From the human T2T-CHM13v2.0 reference genome, Homo sapiens: a stretch of 64,000 nucleotides of DNA. Below, one piece after another: positions 1 through 38,325 of this stretch; positions within the stretch are counted from its first letter, which is position 1, and the number at the start of each line of letters is the position of its first letter. The notes below the pieces were generated by a model that made no database searches, was not told the DNA's origin, and was given only the letters and a program-made list of their open reading frames with translations. The stretch lies in NCBI RefSeq assembly GCF_009914755.1, contig NC_060925.1. The stretch is one strand, 5' to 3'. The position numbers were made by a program, and so were the translations under genes.

Positions 1-704
1 AGGGGAAAAGGCATGGTATAATTAGAACTATGTAAAACCTTCACCTATTCATAGAGAAAAACTAATATTAGAAAAAAATTAAAATATTTAACAGTAGTTA
101 AATCCAGGTTGATTCAACCGAGGGTGATATTTTTCTTCTTCCTAGATTTATTTTTCTTAAATTATTATTTTTTAGAAAATAAAAATTTCATCTGGAACTG
201 TAGGTAAATTAATTATATCAATCATTCTCAAAAGAATATCCAAAATAATGCTATCAGAAGATGTTTCTGATCCCAGAATCATACTAGCAAATGGAGAACT
301 AAGGAAGTAAATTTGCTTTCAACTTCCTCCAGATTCTGGAATGGTAAAAACTGGGACTCATGAAAATAACTGAAAATACAGAAGCATATCAACTTAGATA
401 TGCTTTATTAGTTTTAGTTTTATTTTATTTTTAATGAATCAGGTCCTATTCCAGTTTGTTACATTCAGTCCCTAAGCTTGCTCATCATAAGTATTATAAG
501 CAGGCCATGTATCCAGTAAGTTACATATGGAAAGAATTTCTCACAAATTTCTCCATGAGCCTACACTATTCTGAAGCATTGCTTAAGAATTCCAGATGTT
601 TAAAAGAAGTAAACTTCTCTTTCCAAGTATAACACATTTCAAACTTCCCAAGTCATGGGGATTCCCAAGCAAATGGGTAGGAACCTATAACAGGACAAAT
701 GTGA

Positions 705-2306
<1,602 letters not shown>

Positions 2307-2559
2307 TGAATGACTCACTCATATTAGAAACAAGCACTCAATAAACAAACAAGTAAATCTTGACAGAAGAAAAGTTCTTCCTTGCAGACTTTTGCTAATG
2401 AAAGTCCTGATAAAGAAGATACTAAATAGCAACCTCTGAGTGCTAAATACTGACTGGTAAGAACAGAAAGAGAAAATTAAATACTAGAATATAACCACAT
2501 TTATAATTACATAATTGGAAAAGAATAACCATGCTATCAACTAAGGGAATATGACTCAC

Positions 2560-2674
2560 CATCATATTTTGCTAGGACTGCCTGAACATCTGGATAGGCC
2601 TGTAATTCTAAAAGTGATTCTAAGAGATTTTCATGGATGTTCAACATGGTAAGAGGAGGAAATTCTTTCATCAA
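2560..2674 (-). CDS. ST7L: ST7L exon 9 ([38 protein letters not shown]), 115 nt; gene continues beyond window start
   Basis: atacAG acceptor, GTGAGT donor; frame continuous. Confidence 0.96.
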
Positions 2675-2942
2675 CTGTATATTAAAAGGAAAAGAAAGAT
2701 TAAAATCATAACAAAGGAACTCAATAGAGCTGAGCCAGATTCATTAAGTAGAAATTCTTGTTTCTTACCATAGCTGTGAAGAAGACCTAACCCTTAAGAA
2801 AGGTACGTATATTAAATAAATACCTTGTTCTAAAAACTACCAATTAAAATACAATGATTCTGCATTAAAATAACTGGCAACTTAACTAAATTTTTAGTTT
2901 CTGGAGGAATAAATGTAATAGTCCCATCATCAATTTACTTAC

Positions 2943-3040
2943 ATCTCTCATTATTTTTACTGCTTCTCTTATTCTTCCTAATTTTCTTGCACACATTGCC
3001 AATCTTCTTTTAATATATACCAGTACATTGGTATCTCTCC
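2943..3040 (-). CDS. ST7L: ST7L exon 8 ([33 protein letters not shown]), 98 nt
   Basis: aaatAG acceptor, GTAAGT donor; frame continuous. Confidence 0.96.
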
Positions 3041-4539
3041 CTATTTAGAAAAACAAAAAAATGATACAACTATCACTTTTGTATTGTGGGCTGCTATTTC
3101 ATTAACATATCCATTAATTTTATTTGCTTCCCTTGGAAGAGTCAATTAAAATTAAATTGTGTCAGAATGGAAGAATATTAATGATGTCTACATTTGGATG
3201 ATAAATATTGAACAGGAGTGTTCTCTATTTTTGCGCATGTTTCAAGTTTTCTGTATTAAAACTTAAAATACACATTTAATTATTTTTGCCTCTAATAGTA
3301 ACTTAAGTACAGTATATATAATTCGTGTATGATTGACAAGTTTATTTTACCATTAGCAAAAAAGAAATACATACATTATAGTAAGATATAACATTAACCT
3401 AGTATTTAAGTTTGTGCATAAATGATCTACTATTCTGATACTCTCTATTGTTTTAAATGAAAAACAAAAAATGTCCAAAACAAAATTTCCATGGCTAATG
3501 TAAACTTTTCTTAACAGTGAGTAGTTGACAAACTATAAAACTACTTCTAGAAAGAGCTAACAAATATTTCTGTAACTAGCTCATAACCGTATTTGAGATT
3601 ATTCAAAGACAAATGGCATGACATTTTTAAAGATGTAGTTTCATTAGTTCCAGGCTACAAAATTATATATTCCCACAGATTTGTGTTATAAAAACTGTGC
3701 ATTAATGAAACATACCATATATATCTGTATTTAGCTTAGGGAGAAAAACATTATCCAAATTTTAATTTACACATAAAAAAAGATTTAGAACTTAGCTGCC
3801 AGTAGATAATGCATTATATAAACATATTTCAATTTATTACCCACTATTTGCCAAAATCATGAAACTAAAACCCTCTGGCCATAAAAATAGCAGGAAGCAG
3901 CATCATTGCTGATTCTAACATCTTTGGTAAAAAAAAATCTCAATCATAACTGGTAGAGCATATCTAAGAACAGAAAGGACTTCTGTTGCTATGGCTCATC
4001 TGATCTCAAGCACATCATGGAGAAAAATCAACCAAAGAAAGAATCAATGCCAAGTATGAGGTTGGATTTTGGGCTAAGAATCAGATGGTGTGAAAGGGGC
4101 CACTCCCTAGCACTATATGCAGATACACAGTCTGAAGAACCAACCAAATAATGTACCTCTACTGTTGCTTAGAGTAAGGGTGAGGATAAAGATAACAGCT
4201 GCTTATCATCACTAGAAGGCTCTCCTGAATGCTGAAAGTTTTTGAGTTATGTTTTTACAATGACCAGCCCAATTCTCACATGAAATAAATTACTGTTAAG
4301 TCTCAGAGCAGCACATCTTCTCTCAATAACCTGAGCAGATCTATTCCCTTCCACAAGCATTCTCTGGCTAATACACATTTCTGTCTTGCTGGCTTGTAGG
4401 TATTGTGAATAGATTAGTTATTTCCAGTGAAAATTAACTAACCTGTAAGTATTAAGTTTTTTATTATTGTTGTTTGTGTTAAGACACAAGCAAATTACAG
4501 ATGCTAAAAGACAGTAATAACCAGTTCAAACTTGCTTAC

Positions 4540-4694
4540 TCAGTTGAGCTTCATGCTGAGGACTTTGGTGCTGGCACTGCTGTGACTGCCTATAAATTGT
4601 TTCTCCTGCCTTGAGTGCCTGTTTAAATAACCTTTCAGCATCTACAATAGTTGTTGCTTCTTCCTCAGCCAGTAGAACATATGCAGTGGCACAG
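4540..4694 (-). CDS. ST7L: ST7L exon 7 (CATAYVLLAEEEATTIVDAERLFKQALKAGETIYRQSQQCQHQSPQHEAQL), 155 nt
   Basis: Contained in ORF-track entry 4526..4717; tcatAG acceptor, GTAAGC donor. Confidence 0.97.
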
Positions 4695-4995
4695 CTATGA
4701 AGAAAGCAAGAAGGCAATTTTAAATAAAATGGTAAAGCAAGTGTTTTCTCTTGGTTATGTCCCTTTGCTCTATGTCATATTTCCTTACCTACACTTTTTC
4801 CATCTTTAGAAAAAAAAAAACCTTCGTTCAATATTTTACCTTAATAGGGGCACATTGGTATATTCTTTATGTCTGATTCCACAATTCTTCCACTTTCTTA
4901 TCTTTCCCTTCTCTTTGTTTTTTAAAAAAAAAAAACAAAATTTTTAAACTTCTATCTCATTCTCTGACCCATTGTCCTGTGTTTTCTTTTTGTGA

Positions 4996-5353
<358 letters not shown>

Positions 5354-5839
5354 TTGATCATACCTGCTTTTAGTCGCTATATAATTTATGACATCCATTT
5401 CATGGGGCAGGTATGGGGAGGGTGAAGATTGGGAAGATAGTCCCTTGGCCAACTAGGCACTTTTAACATCTGACTCAGAAACATAGTCCAGGACTAGACA
5501 TTTTCCCCAAATCTGAGTACTCCCCTCTGCATGCTGTCCCATCCACACATGGACTTATCCACAATATTATGCAGTATAACTTCCCTTGTTCTGAATTCAG
5601 GTCCTTCCTCCTACACTCCTATTCTCATTCCTCAAAACTATGCTTATGCCAAGTTTTCTTTTCTTCACCCCACTAAAACACAGAGGCTTTTCTTTGTATC
5701 TTTTAAGTCAACACCTGGCTAATAAACTAATGCTTGTTTTGGGGCCACAAAGAGAAACAAAATGTTGTTATTCCATTCCCAGAAATAACAAATCCATCTC
5801 TTCTACAGACAATATCCTAGTTGTGATTATCTAAGACGG

Positions 5840-6445
<606 letters not shown>

Positions 6446-6713
6446 GTGCTTATCTCAGCAAGAGGAGAGAAATTATTGATAAACGTACAAGACCAAGCAT
6501 TAAACAAAAGTGATGGCAGGTAGCTATCGTTAAGTGGGGACAAAAACGTTCTTCAGTTATAGAAAATGCAAATCATACCATTTCATCATCCTTCAAATAA
6601 GAAGACCCTATAATACATAACAATTTCACTAATCAACAAAGATTTCTCCATTACATTACACTAGATCCCTGTGAAGCATTAGATACACTGCTGCTTTAAA
6701 CACTGGCCTTCCT

Positions 6714-7030
6714 GCCCAGGCACAGTGGCTCATGGCTATAATCCCAGCAGTTTGGGAGGCCAAGGCAGGAGGATCACTTGAGGCCAGTAGTTCGAGACTA
6801 GCCTGGGCAACACAACGAGACCCTCTCTCTATAAAACAATAATAATAAAGATTTAAAAATTAGCTGGGTGTGGTTGTGTGCACCTGTAGTCCTAGTTACT
6901 TTGGAGGCTGAGGCAAGAGGATTGCTTAAGGCCAGGAGTTTGAGGTTACAATGAAGCTATCATCCTACCACTGCACTCCAGCCTGGGCAACAGAGCAAGA
7001 CCCTGTCTCTAAACAAAAACAAAAATCAAA
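6714..7030 (+). mobile_element. AluJ
   Basis: Diverged Alu dimer. Confidence 0.9.
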
Positions 7031-7319
7031 AACACTAGGCTTCCTGACTGCCATTCCAAAAACCGACTGAAATATTTTAAAATAACCATAATAAAAACAG
7101 TTTTTAAAAGACCTAGATGGGTATAAATCAAAATATAAACATAATTATATGCTTATATTTTGAATGTATATACTTTTAATGACTGTATGGATATATGGTG
7201 AAAAGATTTTTTCCCCCTTAAAGTTTTCTTGGATTTGTTCAAAAGTATTTTATATGGATACTAATTCAGGAAATTCATTATGTGAATACCTAATTAATCT
7301 TACTTTGAAGAATGTTGGT

Positions 7320-11050
<3,731 letters not shown>

Positions 11051-11492
11051 GCCATTTTTGCTCCACCGTGGGAAGGTCTTCTTAATAAGGATAGCGTATA
11101 TACTTGGGGGAGAAGGTTCAGGGAACAACTCTAAATTTACATTATTCAGGAAGCATTCCTTGATAAACCCCAACTGGAACCATATTTTCACTCTTGGTAT
11201 TTATTTAGTCTGCATTAGATTAGTATTTATTGATCTGTTCCTTGTAAATAGTAAGTTGCCTTGTGATTTTACATTTTGCCTTTTCAAAATATAAAGTTCA
11301 AACAAAGAACTATAAAAAAATGCTGCTAACATGGAAAAAAATAAACTTGACAGAGCTATGTTTTACTTATTTTTAATCCCCTTCTCATGCCTTCAAGTCC
11401 ATTAGCAACTAAAGTACTCAAGATTGAATGCTTTAAGTGAATGTTTTAAACGAAAAAATTAAAACAGGTGCATAAATACATTTGTATTTTAG

Positions 11493-11798
<306 letters not shown>

Positions 11799-12092
11799 TA
11801 GTATGTTAGTACCCTTTTAACTATAAAGTATTATCACCATTCTCCATGAGCATTCTCCATTTTGAAAAGTATTTCTAGCATAATTTCTATTCAAAAGCAT
11901 ATATAGATTTACAATTTCAGAAGCAAAATACAGATGTTGGCAAACACTGAAAATTTTATTAAATATCTATAACATGCAAAAAGGAAATGACTAATGACTC
12001 CAAGTGTCTTAGGAACAGACAAAGGAGACATAAAAATCATTTGCCTTGGTTTCCTTCAAAATAAATTTATTTTCCATATATTTCAAACTTAC

Positions 12093-12171
12093 TCATTGTT
12101 TAATTCTAAAGCTTGATAGGCTGCTTTGATTCGAGCTGGAGGATTTCTTTCCCTCCAAGCCTTCTGCATAA
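12093..12171 (-). CDS. ST7L: ST7L exon 6 (VMQKAWRERNPPARIKAAYQALELNND), 79 nt
   Basis: ctacAG acceptor, GTAAGT donor; frame continuous. Confidence 0.96.
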
Positions 12172-13593
12172 CTGTAGAAAAAAATTCCATAAAATAGATG
12201 AGATGGTAAAAAAATAATCTGCAAAATTATGAAGAATAAGGTAGTGGAGTAAGCAAAGCTTTAAATAATATATTCTTAAACATACAAAACAAGAAACTAG
12301 GTTATTAGTTCACATTATCTATTATGAGAAATTTACATTAAATTTGTAAGCTTCACATAAAATAAAAATATATTCTTTCTCTGATTTATTTTAACAATAT
12401 ACAGGGTACCTAAACAAGTTAATTATATCATTATTATGTATGAACATTTATATATCTAAATGCTTGTTAACATTGAGTTTAAGTGACATCACATTATAAT
12501 CAATATGAAATATTACAGTTCTACTTTTATCATTCTGAAAAGGTTTTATGGAACTGCTAAAAATAAAAATATACAAAAACTTAAAAACAAAGTCTTTGTC
12601 TAATGAATGATTCACTCTACGAAGAATGTACGGGCTTGCGTTTTGTGTAAAAGGGCAAAAAAAAAAAAGGAATTAATTTAGAATATAGTACCTCTAGAAA
12701 ATGTCAGCCTCTATCAGGATTCAACAAAGGCCTGAGTTAGGATTTCTTTGGAATATTAATTTTGCTACCAATTTACTGTACCAAAATGAAGACTTCACAG
12801 TAAGTAAAGTTTTCTTTAATTAAATAAACAAATAAAGTAGACTCAGAAGACAAACTGGCCCATTTCAAGTTTGATAAGAAAAATAGAGAACCTATGAGTG
12901 TTGCTTTTGGAACAAAACCTGCAACTGTCCAGGAAGAATAATGTGAAAAATGTTTGAATTTTCCTTTGGAAACAAAATATTAGTCTCAGCTTAGAAAAGG
13001 AGTCAATATATTCCACTTGTGTAACAAAAATACATTTCTCATATCAAACATGTCACCAGCTAGCTGCCACCTAACGCTTCCTGAACTTGACAAACTGATG
13101 AAAGTCAGCACCCATCTGATACTGGCCAGGTAAAGAACATCATTCTGCTGCAACACTAAATATTACATTAAAATAATGCATAATACTAGACTTGTAATTT
13201 TTGATGATAGGCTGTCTTCTATGAGTTATATGATATTTACAGGTCAAATTTTAACACTGAATCTTTATTAACATTTTAAATTGTTATTTGGTACTCTAGT
13301 ATATTAAATACATACCCTAATTTATCTAACAAATTCCCTTTTGATGGACAATTAAGTCATACTAAGTTTTTTGCTAATACAAAACATTGTGATAACAATC
13401 TTTCAGTATGTGTTTTCATATCTAATTAAATATTTCCTTTCTAGAAGTAGAACAGCTGACTAAAATATGTATATTTTAAAAGATTCTGGATCTGTAACAA
13501 GTTTGGGGAGTTAGGAGAAAAAAAAAGACTCCAGATATACACCCCCCAAATTCCACAATAAGACTGTATTAATTTATACTTTTTCAGGCAGTG

Positions 13594-13667
13594 TAACACA
13601 GTATAATCAGTCTTTGCTAATTTAACACCTTAACACAGTATTATCAATCTTTGCTAATTTAACATCT
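13594..13667 (+). repeat. 37-bp tandem duplication (2 copies, 3 mismatches)
   Basis: taacacagtataatcagtctttgctaatttaacacct / taacacagtattatcaatctttgctaatttaacatct. Confidence 0.9.
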
Positions 13668-15473
13668 GAAACTTATTTTCATTTGTGTTTTTTTAAATTT
13701 CTAGTGAGGTCATCTAATTCACCTTTAAATATTTTATCTTATTCTTTTGTTTTCAAATGCTCTACCTAGCCTTTCAAGAGTATTCTTCACAACCAAAGCA
13801 GTCCTAAGCCTAAGCAGAAAGGAGAAATAAAGTTGATGGGGGAAAAATGTATATATTTTTTTCTAAAATAAGGCTTAGGAGTAATTTAAAACAAAATGCT
13901 GATTTGGTATTCAATTGTCCTCTTTAAGGGCTCTTAATATGCTGAATATAATTAAAACAAGCAATTAGCAATTCACTCAAATTTATCTATTTTTCAAGTT
14001 AAATAACATTCTAATAAGCTAACAAGCACAAAACAGATCAGCAGTTATCATAAGGTCAGGGGTCATAAATATGTAAATGCCTACAAATGCCAGGCATTAA
14101 ACATAAATGAGTGAACTGAAAGCACATTCACTGTCTCAAAGGGAGAGCCACAACTCAGTTCCATCTTATTACTGTCAAGTGTAAATTCAAGTTCAATTTT
14201 GCCCTATTTTTCAAACTTCAAAAGGCATAAATTCAGATTTTAATGTAAAATCTCCTGATTTTTAAATGCTGAAGAAAAAAATCCAAAAAACAATGGTGGG
14301 CCCTTCTGGATAAGTTTGTTCTCTGCCCTAGATAAATTAATAGAATAAGAACAAAATCTAATTTAGTTATTACTGATGACAGTAAGTCAAGAGAAATTTG
14401 CCACATCACAAAAATACACATTTGTATTTCTGAAAATAAAACTACTGATATAAATCATGACCTTTATGTGAGGGTCTGAAAAGATCAATATGGAATCAAC
14501 AGTCCATTTCTGAAGATCATTCACAGATACACTCTGTCCTCCTTGAGTTCAACCTTTAGCTGGGGTTAGACACACCTCTAGAGAAGTACATAAAACTTTG
14601 CAAGGACCAAAATGGAATACATGGTTTTAAGAAAATCAACTTCTAAAGCTTCAACTTTATCACTCTTTCCTATAACTGATCTACCAAAGAATGTTTCTCT
14701 GGTTTCCCTATCCTACCTAACCACAATTCCTATACCTGCTCACTGCAAAGATATGTTCCTTTCTCTTATTTTACAGAAAAAAAAAAAAAAAAAAAGGGCT
14801 TACTTCTTACCCATCCTGAATCTTACAAGATGTACTGCCCTATAGTGTAAAAATCTCCAGGTGCCAAAGGGACAATTCAAAGTTTGGGTTGGGGGCAACC
14901 ATGTTTAATCAAGACATCCTATAATAGTATTGCTGCCTTTTATTTATTAAACAGTGAAGCTTGGCATTGGAAAGAAAGTATTCTGGCCGTGTATTCAAGT
15001 ATATTACAGAATGAAGAAGGGAATGATAACAATTTTTAACAGTTCTATTAGCACCCCTCCCTACTTACTATCAAAGAATGGATTGCTCCTAGGGGAAGGT
15101 CCCCTCACATCAAGGCAAAGCAGGCATTAGCAAGGAGTAATAAAGGTAGTGAAGCCTAATTTCGGCCAAGTGGTAAGTTCTAGGCAAAGTTCCAAGACAC
15201 AGCTATCTTTCTATCTTAGAATCTGAATTCAGAAGACAGATGGTTGTCATGGGGAGGCATGTTAATATGTTTATTTAAATTGAAAAATGAAGTCAGACTG
15301 CTCTGTCAGAAAGTAAATATGATTTCGTTGATAGAACTGACAATGAGAACTCACCCAGTCAATTAGATTATATACAGAACCTTCCACAAAGTTTAAAGAG
15401 CTAAATATGTAGCTCTAAGGATTTGACAGAAATATAATTAAAGCATGTCATAACACTTAGAACCTTACAGTCA

Positions 15474-16286
<813 letters not shown>

Positions 16287-16929
16287 TATTTATGTATTTT
16301 TCAATGGATTGTAGTGGGTATTAAATCATTTGATTTCATAACATAGATTGAAATATAGGGTATACTATTATTTTTAAATGTCTGTATTTTGCAATATGTC
16401 AAAAATTACATTCTCTATGATTATTTAACCTTATGATGTCAACTTAAAAATGTGTGAAGGGACATATTCTTTTTCAAAATTCTTTTGGGAGATATTCAAA
16501 TAAAAATGTTTTAATACCACAACTTCAGTAGATAGCCATGATTGCTATTTTAAAAGCCTGCTGACGTTTGCAATTCAGTGTCACTCTGTGAGAGGGGCTG
16601 TGAGAGAAAGGGTGGTGAGACCTAACTTCCAGAGTCACTCAACCCTTAAAGTTAACATACAGTACTGATACTGTGCTGCTGTTATTTCCCCAACACCTAT
16701 CCTTTTGCCATTAATATAAACATTAAGCATATAAACATAAATCTATTTTTTTTACTCCTTTATTGCAATTAAACCATTTTATGTAATCATACCAAAGATT
16801 CATGGGTTTCCTATCATCCACTCTTAACCTATTTAATCTAGCAAAGATAAATCACTATGAACTCATTTTAATGCAGGAAACTGGCTATTTTTCAGACCCT
16901 TCAGTGATTTTGTGGTGGGTAGAAGCAGT

Positions 16930-17160
16930 AATAGTGTAGTGGTTAACAGCCAGTCTTGAGTTTGAAACATGGTTTTATCAATATTAGCTGTGTGACTCAA
17001 GGCATATTACTTGATCCCCCTTTGCTTCGGTTTCTTTATTGTTAAAATGGGGCTGATAATACCACCTATCTCATCAAGTGACTGGGAAGATTAAATTTCT
17101 ATAAATTGCTCAGAACAGTGCCTGGCACATAGTAAGCCTAGGCAAGTATTAGCTATTATT
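16930..17160 (+). mobile_element. MIR
   Basis: agtgtagtggttaa...tagctgtgtgac...aaaatgggg.tgataata...agaacagtgcctggcacatagtaag. Confidence 0.75.
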
Positions 17161-17185
17161 AGTGAAATTGCTTAGACATCTGTGA

Positions 17186-19627
<2,442 letters not shown>

Positions 19628-19681
<54 letters not shown>

Positions 19682-19691
19682 GATGTGTGTG

Positions 19692-19730
<39 letters not shown>
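19628..19730 (+). repeat. Compound microsatellite A(n)-(AT)n-(GT)n-(AC)n derived from an Alu tail
   Basis: Seen directly. Confidence 0.95.
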
Positions 19731-19732
<2 letters not shown>

Positions 19733-20491
19733 CTTTTCAAGATCTTCAGGAAATGGATACTGCATAATACAACAAATAGCCTCAAACTTTGATTAAACAC
19801 AGTAAGAGATACAAGGACCTGTTTCTTACAGGTATCCCTTAACACAGGCTAATGGCATCTTTCATAAAAGCCTGGCTTTCACTTCACAGAATGTCACTAT
19901 CTTACACTATCATGTCTTTAAGCATAGGAGTTATTGCTTAGTCATTTTTGTATCTCCATCATTTTGCACAGTGCCTGTACATGGTACAAACATAATGTTT
20001 CTTATTCAATAAGTTAAATAACATGCCCCATTCTACTTCTGGGTAAAACGCAGCACTCCTCAAAATAAAAGTAAAGTATCTTTGCTCATAAGTTTCAAAA
20101 GATGTTTTCTCATTTAGAGTTAAAAACCAGAAGAGAAATGGACACAGTAGTGAAAATAGGAAGCGGCAATATGAAGTCAATATATAGTCCCTCTACTGTT
20201 GCACAATTTACATTCAGAGTGATATTTTCTAATGCATCCTCAAATTTTGAAATTTAGCACTCATGCACAGGAATATGCTGACACTGGTAATTTTTTCTTA
20301 ATGTCACAAATTCTTTGAAAAAGGCTTTTTATAAACCAGGGGCCTAATACATACTTAAATGTATACAATGTATACTTATACGTATCACAAATACTTATAT
20401 GTATTATAAACCAGGGGCCTAATATATACTTATACGTATCACAAACATATAGTTTGATGTAATGTTTCTTATGATTATCAAATTAAACACA

Positions 20492-21190
<699 letters not shown>

Positions 21191-21362
21191 GTAAACACAG
21201 TGAAGATGCTGCCAAATAAACTGTGGACTAATCATTTTACTTTATCATAGACCAGTATCTTCTACTAGAAGAGCTGCGATATATTTATAAAGACAAATGA
21301 TTTTGTAAATACCTTTACTCTAAAACCAATGCCCTACTTATACTGAAAGCAAAATGTAATAC

Positions 21363-21417
21363 CTCCTATATTCTGCTCCTCTGAAAAGATTTAGAGGGTT
21401 TCTCCATACCTTACATT
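21363..21417 (-). CDS. ST7L: ST7L exon 4 ([19 protein letters not shown]), 55 nt
   Basis: ttttcAG acceptor, GTATTA donor; conserved ST7 motif. Confidence 0.96.
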
Positions 21418-21806
21418 CTGAAAAACAAGGGAGAAAAAGGGGGAAAAAGAGACACTTTAAAATCTTCATTTAACCAATATCTATTGTCTACCCACTGTAG
21501 GCTAATCACAGTGCTAGCCACAGATGGTACAAAGATGAATAAAGCATGCTTTCAAAAAACAGAATTAAATCTAGTCATTTCCTTATTTCTGTCTCCATAG
21601 TATTTGGTTCATAATTCAGTTATAGCACTTACCATATTACAATGTGATTATCTGCTTGGTTTTGTTTCCCCTTTAAAATATGAAGTTTTAAAACTTCGCT
21701 CATTTTTCTATTCCTAGAACCAAGCACAGCATCTAGAACTGACTTGCTTAACTGAATTAAATATAGTATGAGAGTAGTCATGTAAATGGCCTGAACTCTG
21801 TAATAA

Positions 21807-23583
<1,777 letters not shown>

Positions 23584-24210
23584 CCTGGCAGATATTTTCT
23601 TAAAAATGAACTGAGTCTGTCAAGAAAAAGGAAGAAAATGAAAGTATTTGCTGCCAGTGATAAAATTTGAGCTTTCAAGTACATACTGAAATTTTTAAAA
23701 ATGTATGTCTGCTACTGTGAGCCTGGCAAATTTCACAATAAAGACTTTTCTGTGAGAATGGTGATGATATTAACAAGTGAGTTTTTTCGTATTATGCAAT
23801 AAGATGGATCATGATATGGATATGATATGCATAATTCAGTGAACAAGTATTTTCCAAACAACCAATGTATGATATAAAATTATGCATCGGTAAAAGATCC
23901 ATTCAAAATGTTAAGATATACCAATAGATTTTCACATAACAGAGCATGCAAAGTTCAGATTTTACACTGCAACTAAACTTTCAGAAGAGTACTCATAGAA
24001 AGTTTTAGTGTAGTATCAAAAAAAGGTATCCACAATTTTCTGAGAAGATTATTAAAATACTCCTCCCCTTTCCAATTACACATCTGTGTGATGCCAGGTT
24101 TTCTTCATACACTTCAATCAAACACCATTTCACAATAGACAATGGAGAATAAGCTGTCTTCTATTAACTGAACTTTTTCTTGTTGTGGGAAATACATTTT
24201 TCACAATGTG

Positions 24211-27557
<3,347 letters not shown>

Positions 27558-27837
27558 TGTTAACACGTAATGGATTTACTACTATTAAAATATTTTTAAA
27601 TTTCCTGCTTTAATTTCTAATATGATAAATATTGATGGATATAGTCCACATTTAAACAAAGGCTCTTTGAGGTCCTGGATAATTTTTTAAGAATGTAAAG
27701 GATTTCTTAGTCTAAAAAGTTTGAGAACCACTTTTTTTTTTACCTAGTAAGGAGAGAGTATGTACTAGAAGGGGAAGTGTAAGAGGAAGGGAAACCACTT
27801 AGGATACTATAGCAATAGCCAAGGGAAGAGATGTTTA

Positions 27838-30408
<2,571 letters not shown>

Positions 30409-30975
30409 TTTGCGATTACTCGACACAAATAGAGGAACAGTCTACAATAAAAGTATGACAATGGAATATCCATCCATGAAGAGCTGAGACTTTGATGCCT
30501 TTTTAAGTATACTGAAAAAAATTTTTTTTCCTACTTTTCTCTCTTGGCAGAGATGGCTGTTTCTGTTCTCTCCTTTATTAGTCATAAGATTCCCTGATTT
30601 GCTGGGCGTATATATATATATACACTGAGAAAATGATGAAAATTTCTAGCCTTCCTTATAGCTAGTAATGGCCATATGAAACAGACCTGACCAGTAGGAA
30701 GTAAGGTGAAATAGTATGTAACATTTCTGAGAATAGTCCTTGGCTTCTGTGGGGTGGAGTAGAGGGAAGTAGTGACCTTACCCCGGATTTCTTTCCTTCC
30801 TACTGATTGGAATGTGGATATGATGGCTGAAGCAAGAGCAACAGTCTTACACGACAAAGTAAAAACTACATTTGGAGATGGCAGGCTAACAAAATAGAAG
30901 GGGTCTGGGTATCTGATGATTATTGTTTTCCATACTAGCCATGGACTAACTATATTAACATGAAAGACAAATTTC

Positions 30976-31324
30976 TGTGTCTTGGTCCATTTGGACTGCT
31001 ATAACAAAATATCACAAACTGCGTAGATTATAAACAGTATAAATTTATTTTTAACAGTTCTGGAGGCTGGGAAGTCTATGACCAAGGTACCAACAAATTT
31101 GGTGTCTGGTGAGGGTCTGCTTTCTGGTTCACAGACGGCGCCTTCTCGTGGTGTCCTCCCACGGTAGAAGTGGCAAGCAGCTCTCTGGGGTCTCTCATAA
31201 GGGCATTCATCACATCCCTGAGGGCACTGCCCTCATGACCTGATCACCTCCCAAAGACCCTACCTCGTAACATCACATTGGTGATTAGAATTTTGGGGGA
31301 AACACAAACATGCACACCACAGCA
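30976..31324 (-). mobile_element. Solo MaLR LTR (MLT1A/MST-like)
   Basis: tgtcttggtccatttggactgctataacaaaata...cacagttctggaggctgggaag-like...catgacctgatcacctcccaaag pattern. Confidence 0.75.
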
Positions 31325-31409
31325 CTCTGCTGTTTTGAGTTTTCTATCTCCCAGAGCCAAACTCAATCTTAAATACACAGCTCTGAAAACACATTAGAAA
31401 AGTAGTCAC

Positions 31410-31572
31410 CTGACAAATTCTGTCTGCTGGTTTCATTTTCTCTGTTCCTCGAAGGAGAACCTGGTTCTGAAATGCTGCTCTCTGTTCCTCCCATCAGTGG
31501 TTGCAAATGGCTTACAGATACTTGCTCAATAAAAGATGTGCCATGCTTATGGAAGTACCACCATTCAAATAT
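31410..31572 (-). CDS. ST7L: ST7L exon 3 ([54 protein letters not shown]), 163 nt
   Basis: tcatAG acceptor, GTGACT donor, in frame with exon 2. Confidence 0.97.
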
Positions 31573-32226
31573 CTATGACAAACAGAAAATATCCTGCACT
31601 TAGAATCGATCAGCAGATACATGAGCTCAAATTAAAACATTCTCTCAAGATGTCCTGTTCAATTCAGCATTTTAAATGCACTCTCCTTTCAAAAAGAAAA
31701 AAACATACAAACACAAGATTCACCAATAACATGTCACGTAAAAGTGAAATACATTTTTTATAGTTCCGTCATAAAATTTAGACAAGCTTAAGCAAAACTA
31801 GGCATATGTAATAAAGCATTAAAAACAGAAAGAAGCATTTTAATCTATAAGTAATTTAACTCTGTTAAGTTACATTGTCATTTTATTCTATCTGCAGCAT
31901 AAACAGTTTTCAAATAATAAGCATAGTGGATGAACAGACTAGACTAGCATCAGCATGCCCATGTTTTAACTCCCAAATCAGTCATTTATTAGCTGTGTGC
32001 TGTGGGCAAGTCACTTAATCTCTTAATATCTCAGAGCCTCAGCTAAATGTGGTTAACAAGAATTATAAGAAAGTGCTTTCTGAAGCAAAAAGTACTACTC
32101 TGGTATTTGGCAAAATTATTAATAAAGGTTAAGGTCAAGTTGATTCCCATATTGAACCATTTAAAAATCAGGATATTCATTTCTTTCTATTTCCATGGTT
32201 TATCACTGATATAAAAAGAGAAACCA

Positions 32227-38276
<6,050 letters not shown>

Positions 38277-38322
<46 letters not shown>
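38277..38322 (+). repeat. (CT)n(CA)n microsatellite replacing an Alu tail
   Basis: Seen directly. Confidence 0.95.

Positions 38323-38325
<3 letters not shown>

Noticed and set aside
14811-14918. Possible cryptic ST7L exon (minus-strand GG|GTAAGA donor)
   Set aside because: Acceptor lacks a convincing polypyrimidine tract and there is no ST7-like coding signal.
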